Part shown: in pieces, positions 18,582-27,203 of the stretch | How the letters are laid out: each line of letters begins with the position of its first letter | Numbering within the stretch: the first letter of the stretch is position 1 | DNA from: an uncultured Gammaproteobacteria bacterium | Lineage (GTDB): Bacteria; Patescibacteriota; Patescibacteriia; 2-12-FULL-60-25 | Direction of reading: 5' to 3' | Assembly (NCBI GenBank): GCA_964561355.1 | Contig: CAZLPD010000001.1 | Coordinates: 28,780 to 87,407 of the forward strand | Length of the DNA: 58,628 nucleotides | The notes under the pieces: model-generated | Seen by the model: only the letters and a program-made list of their open reading frames with translations | Told to the model about the DNA's origin: nothing | The model's database searches: none | Made by a program: the position numbers and the translations under genes

Positions 18582-20057
18582 TTAGCGTACGGTGCGTTTT
18601 GGCGAGACGGTGAATCCGAGAGATTTACCCAGCATAAAGCGCGTTTGTGCGTCGATGGCTGGAATCGCTCCGAACAAGATGAACGTCACCGGGAGCAGGA
18701 GCCACTGAGCAAGCATCACTCCGTAGGCGTATGGGCGTTTGAGGTGCGTTGGTGGCGGTGGCAGAAGCGTGAACGAGAGCGCCGCAGACACGAAGAGACC
18801 TGTCATTGCAAAGCGCATCAACCACTGGAGCGTGAAGGGCGTGTTCTGAAATACCACGAAGCCTCGGAGCGAATCTGGCGCGAACCAAAATGGCAGGTAC
18901 CCAAGCAAGAAGATAAGAAGTGGTGCCGTAGCCCAGGTATACATGCCCTCAAGTTGCTTGAAGATCCATCCCGCCTTGGCAGACCAGGACATTTCCTTGT
19001 CTTTTGCGAATGCTTCGACCATGTAGGGGAAGTTTTCCACGCCCCAAGCCCAACGGCGCTGTTGCTTGTAGAGCGCTCCCAAGGCCTTCCAATAATCCCC
19101 TGTCATCACCGTATCCATGGAAACCGGGAGATAGATCGGTGTCACGCGGTAGTGACCGTGGTACCGAATAAGCCCCTGCAAAAAGATACGGGAATCTTCT
19201 GACACGATGTCTTTTTGCCAGAATCCGACGTCGATTAGCATGCGCAAGCTCATCGAATGCGAAGAGAACGTCATCATCCCTTCCGGACGAGGAAGCTCCG
19301 TCATGAGCCAGAACGTGGTTCCAAACATGGCGACGCGTACAGCCGCCGGCGATTCCCACAGATTGTTATTGTAGAGTGCAACCGGTTGATAGGAGCTGCG
19401 TGTGGGCTCGGGCACCGTTAGGTACTGATAGGTTAAACAGGAGAAATATTGTGGGTGCACAATCGTATCCACATCCAACGAAGACGCGATCACACGATCA
19501 GGATCAAGACCAAGTTCCTGTATCTTGGGGAGAATTGTCTTCCCGGACCAGTTGAGGTTCGATCCTTTTCCTGGGATCTCCTCAGGAAGGTCGAGCGGGT
19601 GCGTGGTTGTCCAGAAGGCCTTAAAACAATGAGCAAATTCATCGGTAGCCTCTTTCGCGATGCTTACAAAACGCTCCCCATCGCGCGCCTCCCCCGCGAG
19701 CACGATCATCATCCGAGAGGCTGGGTATCGCGTTGATGTGAGCGTACGCAATGTTTCACGAATCACCGGATACTCTTCTTTGTAGGTCGGCAAAAAGATC
19801 AGATGCACCGTGTCCGCGTATCCGGAACATGCCTCCGCTGCCGCTTGCCAATCTTGCTTCAACGCCTTTCTGTAACGCCACCAGGAGATGAGCGTGAATG
19901 GCGTGAAGTAGAGAATGCGCAGCAACCAGTAAAAATCAAACAACACGATGAAGTAAATCATCCAAAGCGGCTGGACGTACGACAATACAATGGAGGCGAT
20001 GAGCGTCGTCCACACAAGTACACCTGGGATCATTTCGAGCATTCGACGACGTGTCAT
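18582..20057 (-). CDS. membrane-embedded processive family-2 glycosyltransferase (cellulose/chitin/PNAG-synthase-like)
   Basis: N- and C-terminal TM bundles flank a GT-A core with FLPTYKEE, SSLDVDT (DxD), SEDSRIF (ED) and QQRRWAWG (QxxRW). Confidence 0.8.
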   Translation of the reverse strand: MTRRRMLEMIPGVLVWTTLIASIVLSYVQPLWMIYFIVLFDFYWLLRILYFTPFTLISWWRYRKALKQDWQAAAEACSGYADTVHLIFLPTYKEEYPVIRETLRTLTSTRYPASRMMIVLAGEARDGERFVSIAKEATDEFAHCFKAFWTTTHPLDLPEEIPGKGSNLNWSGKTILPKIQELGLDPDRVIASSLDVDTIVHPQYFSCLTYQYLTVPEPTRSSYQPVALYNNNLWESPAAVRVAMFGTTFWLMTELPRPEGMMTFSSHSMSLRMLIDVGFWQKDIVSEDSRIFLQGLIRYHGHYRVTPIYLPVSMDTVMTGDYWKALGALYKQQRRWAWGVENFPYMVEAFAKDKEMSWSAKAGWIFKQLEGMYTWATAPLLIFLLGYLPFWFAPDSLRGFVVFQNTPFTLQWLMRFAMTGLFVSAALSFTLLPPPPTHLKRPYAYGVMLAQWLLLPVTFILFGAIPAIDAQTRFMLGKSLGFTVSPKRTVR

Positions 20058-20449
20058 ACACGGGGGATGGTGATGTTAGGCTCCATATCGTAGACCGGTG
20101 CCACGTACGTCGCGGAGGTAGGCACGTGGTTTTTTAGGCGCTGCATGAGAGCAACCCTCTCCGCCGTTTCCTCAACAGATACCCCCACAAGCGGCAGGCG
20201 AAGGAGACGCGAGAGGAGATTGGCATACAGGACACCGACTCGAATAGAGGAGAACGATCCCGGCCCCGATACGACACAGATCCCTTGGCAAGCCTCAAAC
20301 CGCGCGCGTTCGCGACCAAACAAGCTTCGCAAGATCATGATGGGGCGACCACGATACGTCCGCACCGTCGAACGACCGGAGAACGACAACCATCCAAGAC
20401 ATGATCGTCCTGGTGTATGAGTATCGATGAAAAGCCATTCTTGATGCAC
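20054..20449 (-). CDS. tsaB: tRNA t6A37 biosynthesis protein TsaB, short form
   Basis: GICVVSGPGSFSSIRVGVLYANLLS is the TsaB/YeaZ signature. It is only 131 aa. Its stop overlaps the start of the downstream glycosyltransferase (ATGA at 20054-20057). Confidence 0.75.
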   Translation of the reverse strand: MHQEWLFIDTHTPGRSCLGWLSFSGRSTVRTYRGRPIMILRSLFGRERARFEACQGICVVSGPGSFSSIRVGVLYANLLSRLLRLPLVGVSVEETAERVALMQRLKNHVPTSATYVAPVYDMEPNITIPRV

Positions 20450-20453
20450 AACG

Positions 20454-21071
20454 TTATTTCGCCCGCTCGGCCATTTTGTCGACGATGACGTTTTTTGGCG
20501 CCTCCAGGATCGCGTAGAGGAATCGATCGGTGATATCTTTGCGATAGCGGAACTCTTCGGTCGTCATGAGCGAGTAGCGGATTTCGACGCCGAGCTCTGC
20601 TTCCGTATGCGCGAGGAGCTTGTCCATCGCCTTCTTATCGATCCGTTCGCCAATCATGAAGAGATCAACCGGGGCACTCGCTTTTCCGAGGAACAACCCC
20701 ATGAATGCCAAGTAACGCACATCCCCAAGCTTGAGAAGGTGCTGATCGAGCTGCTGCTCTAGCATGAGCTGTGCCTTTACGATGAGCGCCGTGATCTCTG
20801 GCAAGAGCGTAAAGGCTTGATTGACTTGATAGTACTTCCGTTTGAGACCTGCTCGCTTTCGTCCTTCTTCGAGAGGAGCCTCTTCTACGACTTCGATGAG
20901 TAAACCGAAGCGGACTAGGTTCGCGATTTCACGCCGAACGGCGTTGATCTGCGTTCCTACTCGGCGCGTGAGTTCGCGCACAAAGATCGCTTCGTCTGGA
21001 TGACGTAAAAATAGGCTTAATAACTTTACACGTGTCTTCGATCCAAATAGGTGTTCAAGCATACCAGACAC
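20454..21071 (-). CDS. winged-helix (ArsR-like) DNA-binding protein
   Basis: LFGSKTRVKLLSLFLRHPDEAIFVRELTRRVGTQINAVRREIANLVRFGLLIE is a wHTH N-domain followed by a C-terminal domain of about 120 aa. It is the first gene of the minus-strand operon. Confidence 0.7.
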   Translation of the reverse strand: MSGMLEHLFGSKTRVKLLSLFLRHPDEAIFVRELTRRVGTQINAVRREIANLVRFGLLIEVVEEAPLEEGRKRAGLKRKYYQVNQAFTLLPEITALIVKAQLMLEQQLDQHLLKLGDVRYLAFMGLFLGKASAPVDLFMIGERIDKKAMDKLLAHTEAELGVEIRYSLMTTEEFRYRKDITDRFLYAILEAPKNVIVDKMAERAK

Positions 21072-21292
21072 CCTCTATCCTGCCCGATCCAAGCAACCTT
21101 GACAAGCAACCTTTTTGTCCCTGGACGCCCCCTCCTCTCGAACCGTATACTTCCCTTGCTCTCCCCTCCTCTTCTTCACAAAATCTTCCGGTGATCCGAG
21201 CAAGACACGTGAAGGAGGACTGTTTGAGGAATCTAGAGACGTTTTGATCTACTGACGTGTTTTGTAGGTCGCACACGCCACCTTGATTCCCC

Positions 21293-23401
21293 GTGATCCC
21301 CATGACCTCCCCTCATCTTCGTGTCGCAGAGATTGAAGTGAACGCCTCCCCCACCGATGAACGCATCGTGGGGATCTTTCGCTATGAATCGGAACAAAAG
21401 GGCAAGCGAGGACCGCTCGTGCTTCTTGTGGCCGAGATCGCTTCCACACTCTATGTGTACGAGCAGCTCCTCGATGTCATCAATGATGGTATTGAGCGCA
21501 TGCGCTCGCTCACTTCCGCCGTGGATATCGATGCCATGGCTCGTTTTGAAAAGCTTGTTCAAGGCGTGAATGAAGCGGTGGGAAATTTTCTCGCTCAGGA
21601 ACCTTCATCCATCGCCTGGAATCGCGTGAATCTTTTTTTGCTAGAGGTTCACGAAGAGCATCTTTGCCTCGCGGGCGTTGGGCACCTGTGCAACCTTTTT
21701 ATTCAACGCCAACCAGACGGCAATACACGCACGTTCGATCTCTTTGGATCGCTCGAACAGCCAGCCGAGGTCAATCCTCAAAAACTCTTCTCCGCTCTCA
21801 TTTTCGGAGAGATGAAAACGGGTGATGTGCTATTTGCCGGTACGCAGAACTTTGAACGCTTACGCCAAGAGCTCAACATCGCTCCGCGCCTTAAGAGCCT
21901 CCCTCCTGTCACGGCCGCCCTTGAGATACAGCAAGCGTTGGAAGCGCAACATATTCCGGATGATTTTGGCGCTGTCATCGTGGCTCAAGTTGAGCTCAAT
22001 GAACCCGTGGCGCGCACGATCACACGCAGCGAACCGGAACCTGCAAAAGAAAAAAGCACCACCTCCGTTGAGAAGATGTATGCTGAAGAAAAAACGGCCG
22101 ATGCCCTGCTCAATCCAACGATGACACCGCTTTCGACCGCGAAGGATCTTGCCCTTCGTGATCAGTTCGCCAACTTAAAGGCGCGATTGCAGGACATTCC
22201 TTCTGCTGTACGTGGGCTATTTACTCGCATCCCAAGCACGCATGATCCTGTCACCATGGCGGGATTACGCACCATGAACGCTGGACACGGATCCTCTCTC
22301 ACACGTAAGCACAAGCGCATCATCGGCGCAGCCCTTGGCGTTCTCGTTCTTTGCACTGGTGGCACACTTTGGTATCGCCACGCGCAACGCACCAATGCGG
22401 AGCAGGCTGCGTGGAACAGCGCCTATGACCAGGCGATGGATAAAAAGAACCGCGCGGAAGCCGGGCTCGTGTACGGAGACGATGACCGTAGCCTGCGTCT
22501 TGTTCAAGAAGCGGATACGATTCTACAAAGTCTTGATAGCAGCACGCCAAAACGCGCTGATGCACGCAAAGTCCTTGCTGCCGCCTTGAGCACCGTTCAC
22601 GCCAAGCTGCGAAAAGAACTCCCCGTGGATCAACCTCGTAGCGTCTTTCATCTTCCTGCGGAGGCGGGCAGCGTCACCCTCACACAGCTCACGCTTGCCA
22701 ATGGCAAACTTTACACGTTCGATCCTTTTGCGAAACAGATCGCTGTCGTGGAACCAACGAGCAGCGTCATCAAACACCTCGCCTGGCAGGATCCTTTGGC
22801 GCCCGTGGTTTCGAGTGGTGATAAAACCGGCGCGCTCTTTCTTACCCAGGAACACAAGGCCTACCGCGCTGATCCAACCAAGGATGCCGTTACCGTTTTA
22901 CCTTACGACAGCAAAGGCGAAGGCCTCATCTCAGCTGCTAGCGTGTACGGAAAGCGTATCTATCTTCTTGACCCTGACGCAAATATGATTTGGCGTCATA
23001 ACCTTGGCGCTTCCATTGGCCCTGCTTCCACGTATCTCAAGCAAACATCTGTTAGCCTCAAGAATGCCGTGAGCCTCGCGATCGATTCTAATGTATACGT
23101 TGGTTTTTCTAACGGACAGATCGTTCGCTATCTTTCTGGCGCACAAGAATCATGGGCACCACTTCCTATTGATCCACCTCTTACGAATCTCAACGCCCTC
23201 TGGACTGGAACGGATACAGATCGCATCGTGATTGCAGATGCAAAAAACAAACGCATCGTCGTGTTACGTAAAGATGGAAAACTTGTTGCGCAAATTACCT
23301 CGCCTGCATTCACCGGCCCATCGGCTGTTACCGTTGATCCTGCTACAAAGATGCTGTTCGTTGCTGATGGACAAGCTATCTACAGCTTCGACCTCCCTTA
23401 A
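21293..23401 (+). CDS. hypothetical bitopic membrane protein with C-terminal beta-propeller-like repeats
   Basis: 702 aa with a central TM segment (IIGAALGVLVLCTGGTLWY). The C-terminal region has repeated strand motifs (GKLYTFDP, KRIYLLDPDANMIWRH, NKRIVVLRKDGKLVAQI, MLFVADGQAIYSF). The N-terminal domain of about 200 aa is unassigned. Confidence 0.6.
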   Translation: MIPMTSPHLRVAEIEVNASPTDERIVGIFRYESEQKGKRGPLVLLVAEIASTLYVYEQLLDVINDGIERMRSLTSAVDIDAMARFEKLVQGVNEAVGNFLAQEPSSIAWNRVNLFLLEVHEEHLCLAGVGHLCNLFIQRQPDGNTRTFDLFGSLEQPAEVNPQKLFSALIFGEMKTGDVLFAGTQNFERLRQELNIAPRLKSLPPVTAALEIQQALEAQHIPDDFGAVIVAQVELNEPVARTITRSEPEPAKEKSTTSVEKMYAEEKTADALLNPTMTPLSTAKDLALRDQFANLKARLQDIPSAVRGLFTRIPSTHDPVTMAGLRTMNAGHGSSLTRKHKRIIGAALGVLVLCTGGTLWYRHAQRTNAEQAAWNSAYDQAMDKKNRAEAGLVYGDDDRSLRLVQEADTILQSLDSSTPKRADARKVLAAALSTVHAKLRKELPVDQPRSVFHLPAEAGSVTLTQLTLANGKLYTFDPFAKQIAVVEPTSSVIKHLAWQDPLAPVVSSGDKTGALFLTQEHKAYRADPTKDAVTVLPYDSKGEGLISAASVYGKRIYLLDPDANMIWRHNLGASIGPASTYLKQTSVSLKNAVSLAIDSNVYVGFSNGQIVRYLSGAQESWAPLPIDPPLTNLNALWTGTDTDRIVIADAKNKRIVVLRKDGKLVAQITSPAFTGPSAVTVDPATKMLFVADGQAIYSFDLP

Positions 23402-23451
23402 TTTTTTCTTCGTGCTATACTTGCGAGTGAACGAACTTTACTCGTAACTCG

Positions 23452-24342
23452 TTGCGTTCCTTTTCTTGTATGCCCCTTCAGAAACCTATGAGACGAAAAG
23501 TCTCGGCTCCTTCCCGCGTAGCGAGTGCGCCTGCGCTTGCTTCGCGTCCATCGTCCGCATCATCACCAAATCGCTACTGCGTGACAAAGGTTCCTCTCGC
23601 TGTGAGCGTCAGTGCGTTTTTGAGCGTTGTAGCCATCATGATTGGCGCGCTCGCCGCTTCCAGCATGCAACGCGATGACGACATGTTGCGCGCAGAAATC
23701 TCTGGCGTGCAAGATAACTTCAACCGCCGCATCGCGCAGCTCGAGGCTCGTCTTCCTGCAGAAAAACCAGCCACGACCGACACCGTCAAGGCGCCCGTTG
23801 AACGCATGGCGATCGAAGCTAGTGAAGCCGAAACCCTCGTCCCTCACCCAAACAACGTGGCGGATTGGAACGAGAGCGCTGCTACCTCTACCGTTGAGTA
23901 TCGCGACACCAAGCACAATCTCAAGATGCAACTTCCCTACAACCCAGCCTGGGGAAATGCCAAATACAAAGTCACTCCTTACGTTGTGAACGGCGACACT
24001 GTTTCGTTTGGCCCTCTCACGCTCGAAGAAACACCCACCGGATCACACTGGGTTCGTGCGTACTCGATGAGCGTAATCGCTCCACGATCCGAGGACGCTG
24101 CTTTGAAGGCTGCCTATACGAGCGCCAACGGAGATCCAAAGACGAAGTCTATCAAAATGAAACGCTTAGACGTTGGCCCTTACACCGTTCTTCAATTTCA
24201 AGGGAGCGTTGAAGCTACCCCCGTTGGTCACTACGAATTCGTTGGCAAGCACTACAACTACATCTTTAAAAAAGGCTGGTACGGCAATGACTTTTCGTTG
24301 CCTCTCATGGAAAAAATCCTGAGCTCGCTTCGCTCAATCTAG
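23452..24342 (+). CDS. hypothetical membrane-anchored protein
   Basis: TM anchor (LAVSVSAFLSVVAIMIGALAASS), a short coiled-coil, then a globular C-domain. The start is uncertain (TTG in the track; internal Mets lie nearby). Confidence 0.55.
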   Translation: MRSFSCMPLQKPMRRKVSAPSRVASAPALASRPSSASSPNRYCVTKVPLAVSVSAFLSVVAIMIGALAASSMQRDDDMLRAEISGVQDNFNRRIAQLEARLPAEKPATTDTVKAPVERMAIEASEAETLVPHPNNVADWNESAATSTVEYRDTKHNLKMQLPYNPAWGNAKYKVTPYVVNGDTVSFGPLTLEETPTGSHWVRAYSMSVIAPRSEDAALKAAYTSANGDPKTKSIKMKRLDVGPYTVLQFQGSVEATPVGHYEFVGKHYNYIFKKGWYGNDFSLPLMEKILSSLRSI

Positions 24343-24360
24343 CAGAACACGTAACAGAAC

Positions 24361-24393
24361 GCCCCCGCATCCAGCATGGATCGGGGGCTTTTG
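24361..24393 (+). terminator. intrinsic terminator
   Basis: GCCCCCGCATCCAgcaTGGATCGGGGGCttttg is a long GC-rich hairpin plus T-run. It lies between convergent genes. Confidence 0.8.
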
Positions 24394-25566
24394 TTATGGA
24401 CGCGGACGCGCTACCCAGAGGATGAGTGCGCCGAGCGTGAGGACGCCTCCCGCTCCCATCCATACTTGCGTGATGAGATGAGGCGTTGAAGCGGCGTTCT
24501 TTGTGAGCAGCCAGACAACAAGCAGGATCACGCCGTAGCTCATGCGCCCGAGAAACGATTGCAGCGATCCGTGGGTTGCGCGGTAGGCGCTCTCAACGTG
24601 GTCCTGAATGTAGAGATCAAGCGTCGGCTCGTAGAGCCCGCGCGCGAGCTCGTGAACGAGAAGGCACGTCATCGGCGCGAGCAATCCTGAACCTAAGCCC
24701 ATGAGTGCGAGGCTCGATCCGGCCAGGAGGAGGGCGATCGTCACGCCTGAAACACCGTGGAAGACCACCCGCCCAGAACGGACGAGAGCGCCCGCACTCG
24801 CGAGCACGAGATACATCGGTACCCACAGGTAGCCGAGTGCCGCCTGGCCAATACGCGCCGCGAAGAAGGGTGCCCAGTAGTGATTGAAGGGCAGCACGCA
24901 TCCGTACATCATCGCCGCAGCGACGGCCCAGACGAGGCCCGGATGCAGACGAAGAAGGGCAACACTCTTGCGCAGCGCTTCCGTCTCGGAGACACGATGA
25001 AGAGGCTCTCCTTGATCACGCATGCAGAACCACGCTACTGCGAGACCTACGAGACAGAAGACTCCTTCGGCGACCCAGGTGAGACGTGGGCTATACGCTC
25101 CGATGAAGGCGCCGGCGAGGCCACCCGCGATAACACCGAGGCCACGCAGGGTTGCTGAACGTCCGACGACCTCACGACGACGATGACCTTCGCCCAGGTG
25201 ATCGAGCGCGTCGATGATCCAGGCTTGTTGCGCGCCCGAAAGGAACGCAAAGGATACCCCCATCGTGACTTCGGCGAGCAGTGCACCCCAGAACCCGTGC
25301 ACACAGGCGTATCCGAAGGCCGAGAGACTGGCGAAGACCATCCCCACACGCACCGACCAGAGGCGGCTTTTGCCGTCGGCCCACATGCCGGTCGGAAGCT
25401 CGGCCACGACAATCATGGCCCAGAAGAAGGCGTTCAGGCGCGCGACGTCGGCGTAGGAGAGGCCGAGACTTACGAGATACGGCACGTAGACCGCGTTCGT
25501 GAGTGCGAGCGCCGCTCCCTTTACGAACTCGAAGAGATTGTAGGCGCGAGCAGGATGCATTGACAT
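24394..25566 (-). CDS. MFS transporter
   Basis: About 12 hydrophobic segments with MFS-like loop motifs (PTGMWADGKSR). I trimmed the ORF-track TTG start (25623) to the ATG at 25566, which has a strong SD (TAGGAGGatctATG). The extension would run through a terminator hairpin. Confidence 0.8.
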   Translation of the reverse strand: MSMHPARAYNLFEFVKGAALALTNAVYVPYLVSLGLSYADVARLNAFFWAMIVVAELPTGMWADGKSRLWSVRVGMVFASLSAFGYACVHGFWGALLAEVTMGVSFAFLSGAQQAWIIDALDHLGEGHRRREVVGRSATLRGLGVIAGGLAGAFIGAYSPRLTWVAEGVFCLVGLAVAWFCMRDQGEPLHRVSETEALRKSVALLRLHPGLVWAVAAAMMYGCVLPFNHYWAPFFAARIGQAALGYLWVPMYLVLASAGALVRSGRVVFHGVSGVTIALLLAGSSLALMGLGSGLLAPMTCLLVHELARGLYEPTLDLYIQDHVESAYRATHGSLQSFLGRMSYGVILLVVWLLTKNAASTPHLITQVWMGAGGVLTLGALILWVARPRP

Positions 25567-25771
25567 AGATCCTCCTAAAAACAAATCAACCCAGGGAAAT
25601 TCCCGGGTTGATTCGATGTCCAAACACGCTTACGCGCACTTCGGCACCTGACCATCCGGGAATACAACCAACGCAGCGGAATACGTGATTCCGACGCGAG
25701 GCATATCCTGGAATAGGCAGATGTGTTTCATAATCTATTATTTATGGCGTACCATGATCCCCTGAATACCG
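25567..25771 (-). promoter_or_regulatory. candidate transcription-attenuation leader (terminator/antiterminator plus 33-codon uORF) upstream of the MFS gene
   Basis: Minus strand: an 11-bp hairpin AUCAACCCGGG-aauuuc-CCCUGGGUUGAU followed by UUGUUUUU sits immediately before the SD/ATG. An upstream AUUCCCGG can pair with CCGGGAAU of the terminator's left arm. The uORF 25630..25731 (MKHICLFQDMPRVGITYSAALVVFPDGQVPKCA) covers that antiterminator arm. Confidence 0.5.
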
Positions 25772-26629
25772 TCAAGAGACTGGGAATCGAAACATCTTAA
25801 GCGCGTTCTCCGTCGTCACTTCTGCTACGCGCTCAAATGGAACTTCTCGCATGCGAGCCACGTGCTTTGCAACCTCTTCGACGTAGACTGGCTCGTTACG
25901 CTTGCCGCGATAGGGAGCTGGCGCAAGGTAGGGCGCATCTGTTTCGAGCAGGAGCTGACCAAATGGAATGCGTTCAATCGTGCGATCTATGGCGTTTTCT
26001 GGATCTTGGCCCTTACGGAGAGGGAATCCTGCGATACCATTTACGGCGATCATGAGTCCCAAGTCGACGAGCGGTTTGGCCTCCGTCCACGTTCCTGTGA
26101 ACGAATGTACAATCGCTCGTGGCTTCCACCCGTCGTTCCACATGTCTTGCATAATCTCGGCAAGACGCACGAGACCGTCGCGGCAGTGGATCATAACGGG
26201 AAGATCGAGGGAACGCGCTACCGCGAGATGCACCCGGAACACCCTCTCTTGCTCACGCTTCGCTTTTTCTGGATCGGCGTGCGTATCTAATCGATAAAAA
26301 TCTAAGCCCGCCTCCCCTATCGCGACCACCTTTGTCGATGACTTGGCGAGCTTTTCTAACGCGGCTTGATCGATATCGTGCTCGTGCACGCTCCCCTCTT
26401 GCTCATCAAGATGCTCTGAGGTTACGTGACTTGGGTGCAGGCCCACGGTTGCCCATATATCTGGATGCGCTTCGGCGAATTCGACCCCCGCCTGGCTATT
26501 TGCAAGCGATGTTCCGATGGTGATCGTCCAAATACGCTTCGCGCGCATACGCTCAAGCACGGCTTCGCGATCAGCATCGTAGGCGGGAAAGTGGAGATGG
26601 GAATGGGTATCGATAAGAAATGGGGACAT
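25772..26629 (-). CDS. tatD: TatD-family metal-dependent hydrolase/DNase
   Basis: FLIDTHSHLHFPAYDADREAVLERM (HxH motif), GEAGLDFYR and HCRD are all typical TatD blocks. Confidence 0.88.
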   Translation of the reverse strand: MSPFLIDTHSHLHFPAYDADREAVLERMRAKRIWTITIGTSLANSQAGVEFAEAHPDIWATVGLHPSHVTSEHLDEQEGSVHEHDIDQAALEKLAKSSTKVVAIGEAGLDFYRLDTHADPEKAKREQERVFRVHLAVARSLDLPVMIHCRDGLVRLAEIMQDMWNDGWKPRAIVHSFTGTWTEAKPLVDLGLMIAVNGIAGFPLRKGQDPENAIDRTIERIPFGQLLLETDAPYLAPAPYRGKRNEPVYVEEVAKHVARMREVPFERVAEVTTENALKMFRFPVS

Positions 26630-26681
26630 AGAACGACGAAGAGGTGGGTTTGAAGCCCACCCCTACAGATACCTTTCTAGA

Positions 26682-27200
26682 TTAGACCAGAAATCCGAGC
26701 GCTCGATAGAATACCGTTTGTGAGAAGACCGCGATTCTTGAGGCAGAGATCCAAACCATCCAGGCCGGATTTAAATGCAGGGTGACAATGATGTATGAGA
26801 GTGATCCGACGAGGAATATCCCTTCGAATAATCCTATAAGCGCACCCAGAATTGCGTAGATGCTTGATAGGAACGGAAGCAACGTAACGATCCGGAAGAG
26901 TTTATCCACGATCCAGAAGACGAAGCCTACGATTCTGTCTGCAACCAAGAAGATGAGGATGAAAACGATGATTTGAATCGTTCCGGCGCTCAGTGGAACA
27001 AAGGTTTGTACCGCGTGCGAGATGGGAAGCGCCCAGGTTTTGGCAATCCAGAATCCACCCACAGCACCTAACAATTGCCCAATCGTTTGCACCAATCCTC
27101 TTTGATACCCGAGGAACGTGAACCAGATCAGGAATAATCCGAGCAAGATGTCGACCAGGTAGGGCTGTATAGCGGCGAACATATGCAAGGATTGTAGCAC
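26682..27200 (-). CDS. cvpA: CvpA-family membrane protein
   Basis: Four hydrophobic helices. The N-terminus VDILLGLFLIWFTFLGYQRGLVQTIGQLLG is typical of CvpA. Confidence 0.65.
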   Translation of the reverse strand: MLQSLHMFAAIQPYLVDILLGLFLIWFTFLGYQRGLVQTIGQLLGAVGGFWIAKTWALPISHAVQTFVPLSAGTIQIIVFILIFLVADRIVGFVFWIVDKLFRIVTLLPFLSSIYAILGALIGLFEGIFLVGSLSYIIVTLHLNPAWMVWISASRIAVFSQTVFYRALGFLV

Positions 27201-27203
27201 ATC

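Noticed and set aside
25567-25623. TTG-initiated extension of the MFS ORF
   Set aside because: It would translate through an 11-bp terminator hairpin and the SD sequence. The ATG at 25566 has a strong SD.
25624-25771. Assignment of the MFS leader to a known riboswitch class, in particular guanidine-III because of CCCGG...GGTCAGG
   Set aside because: The resemblance is limited to short GC-rich words and needs an insertion. The ACGR loops and the pseudoknot partners are not evident. I kept it only as an unclassified attenuator candidate.
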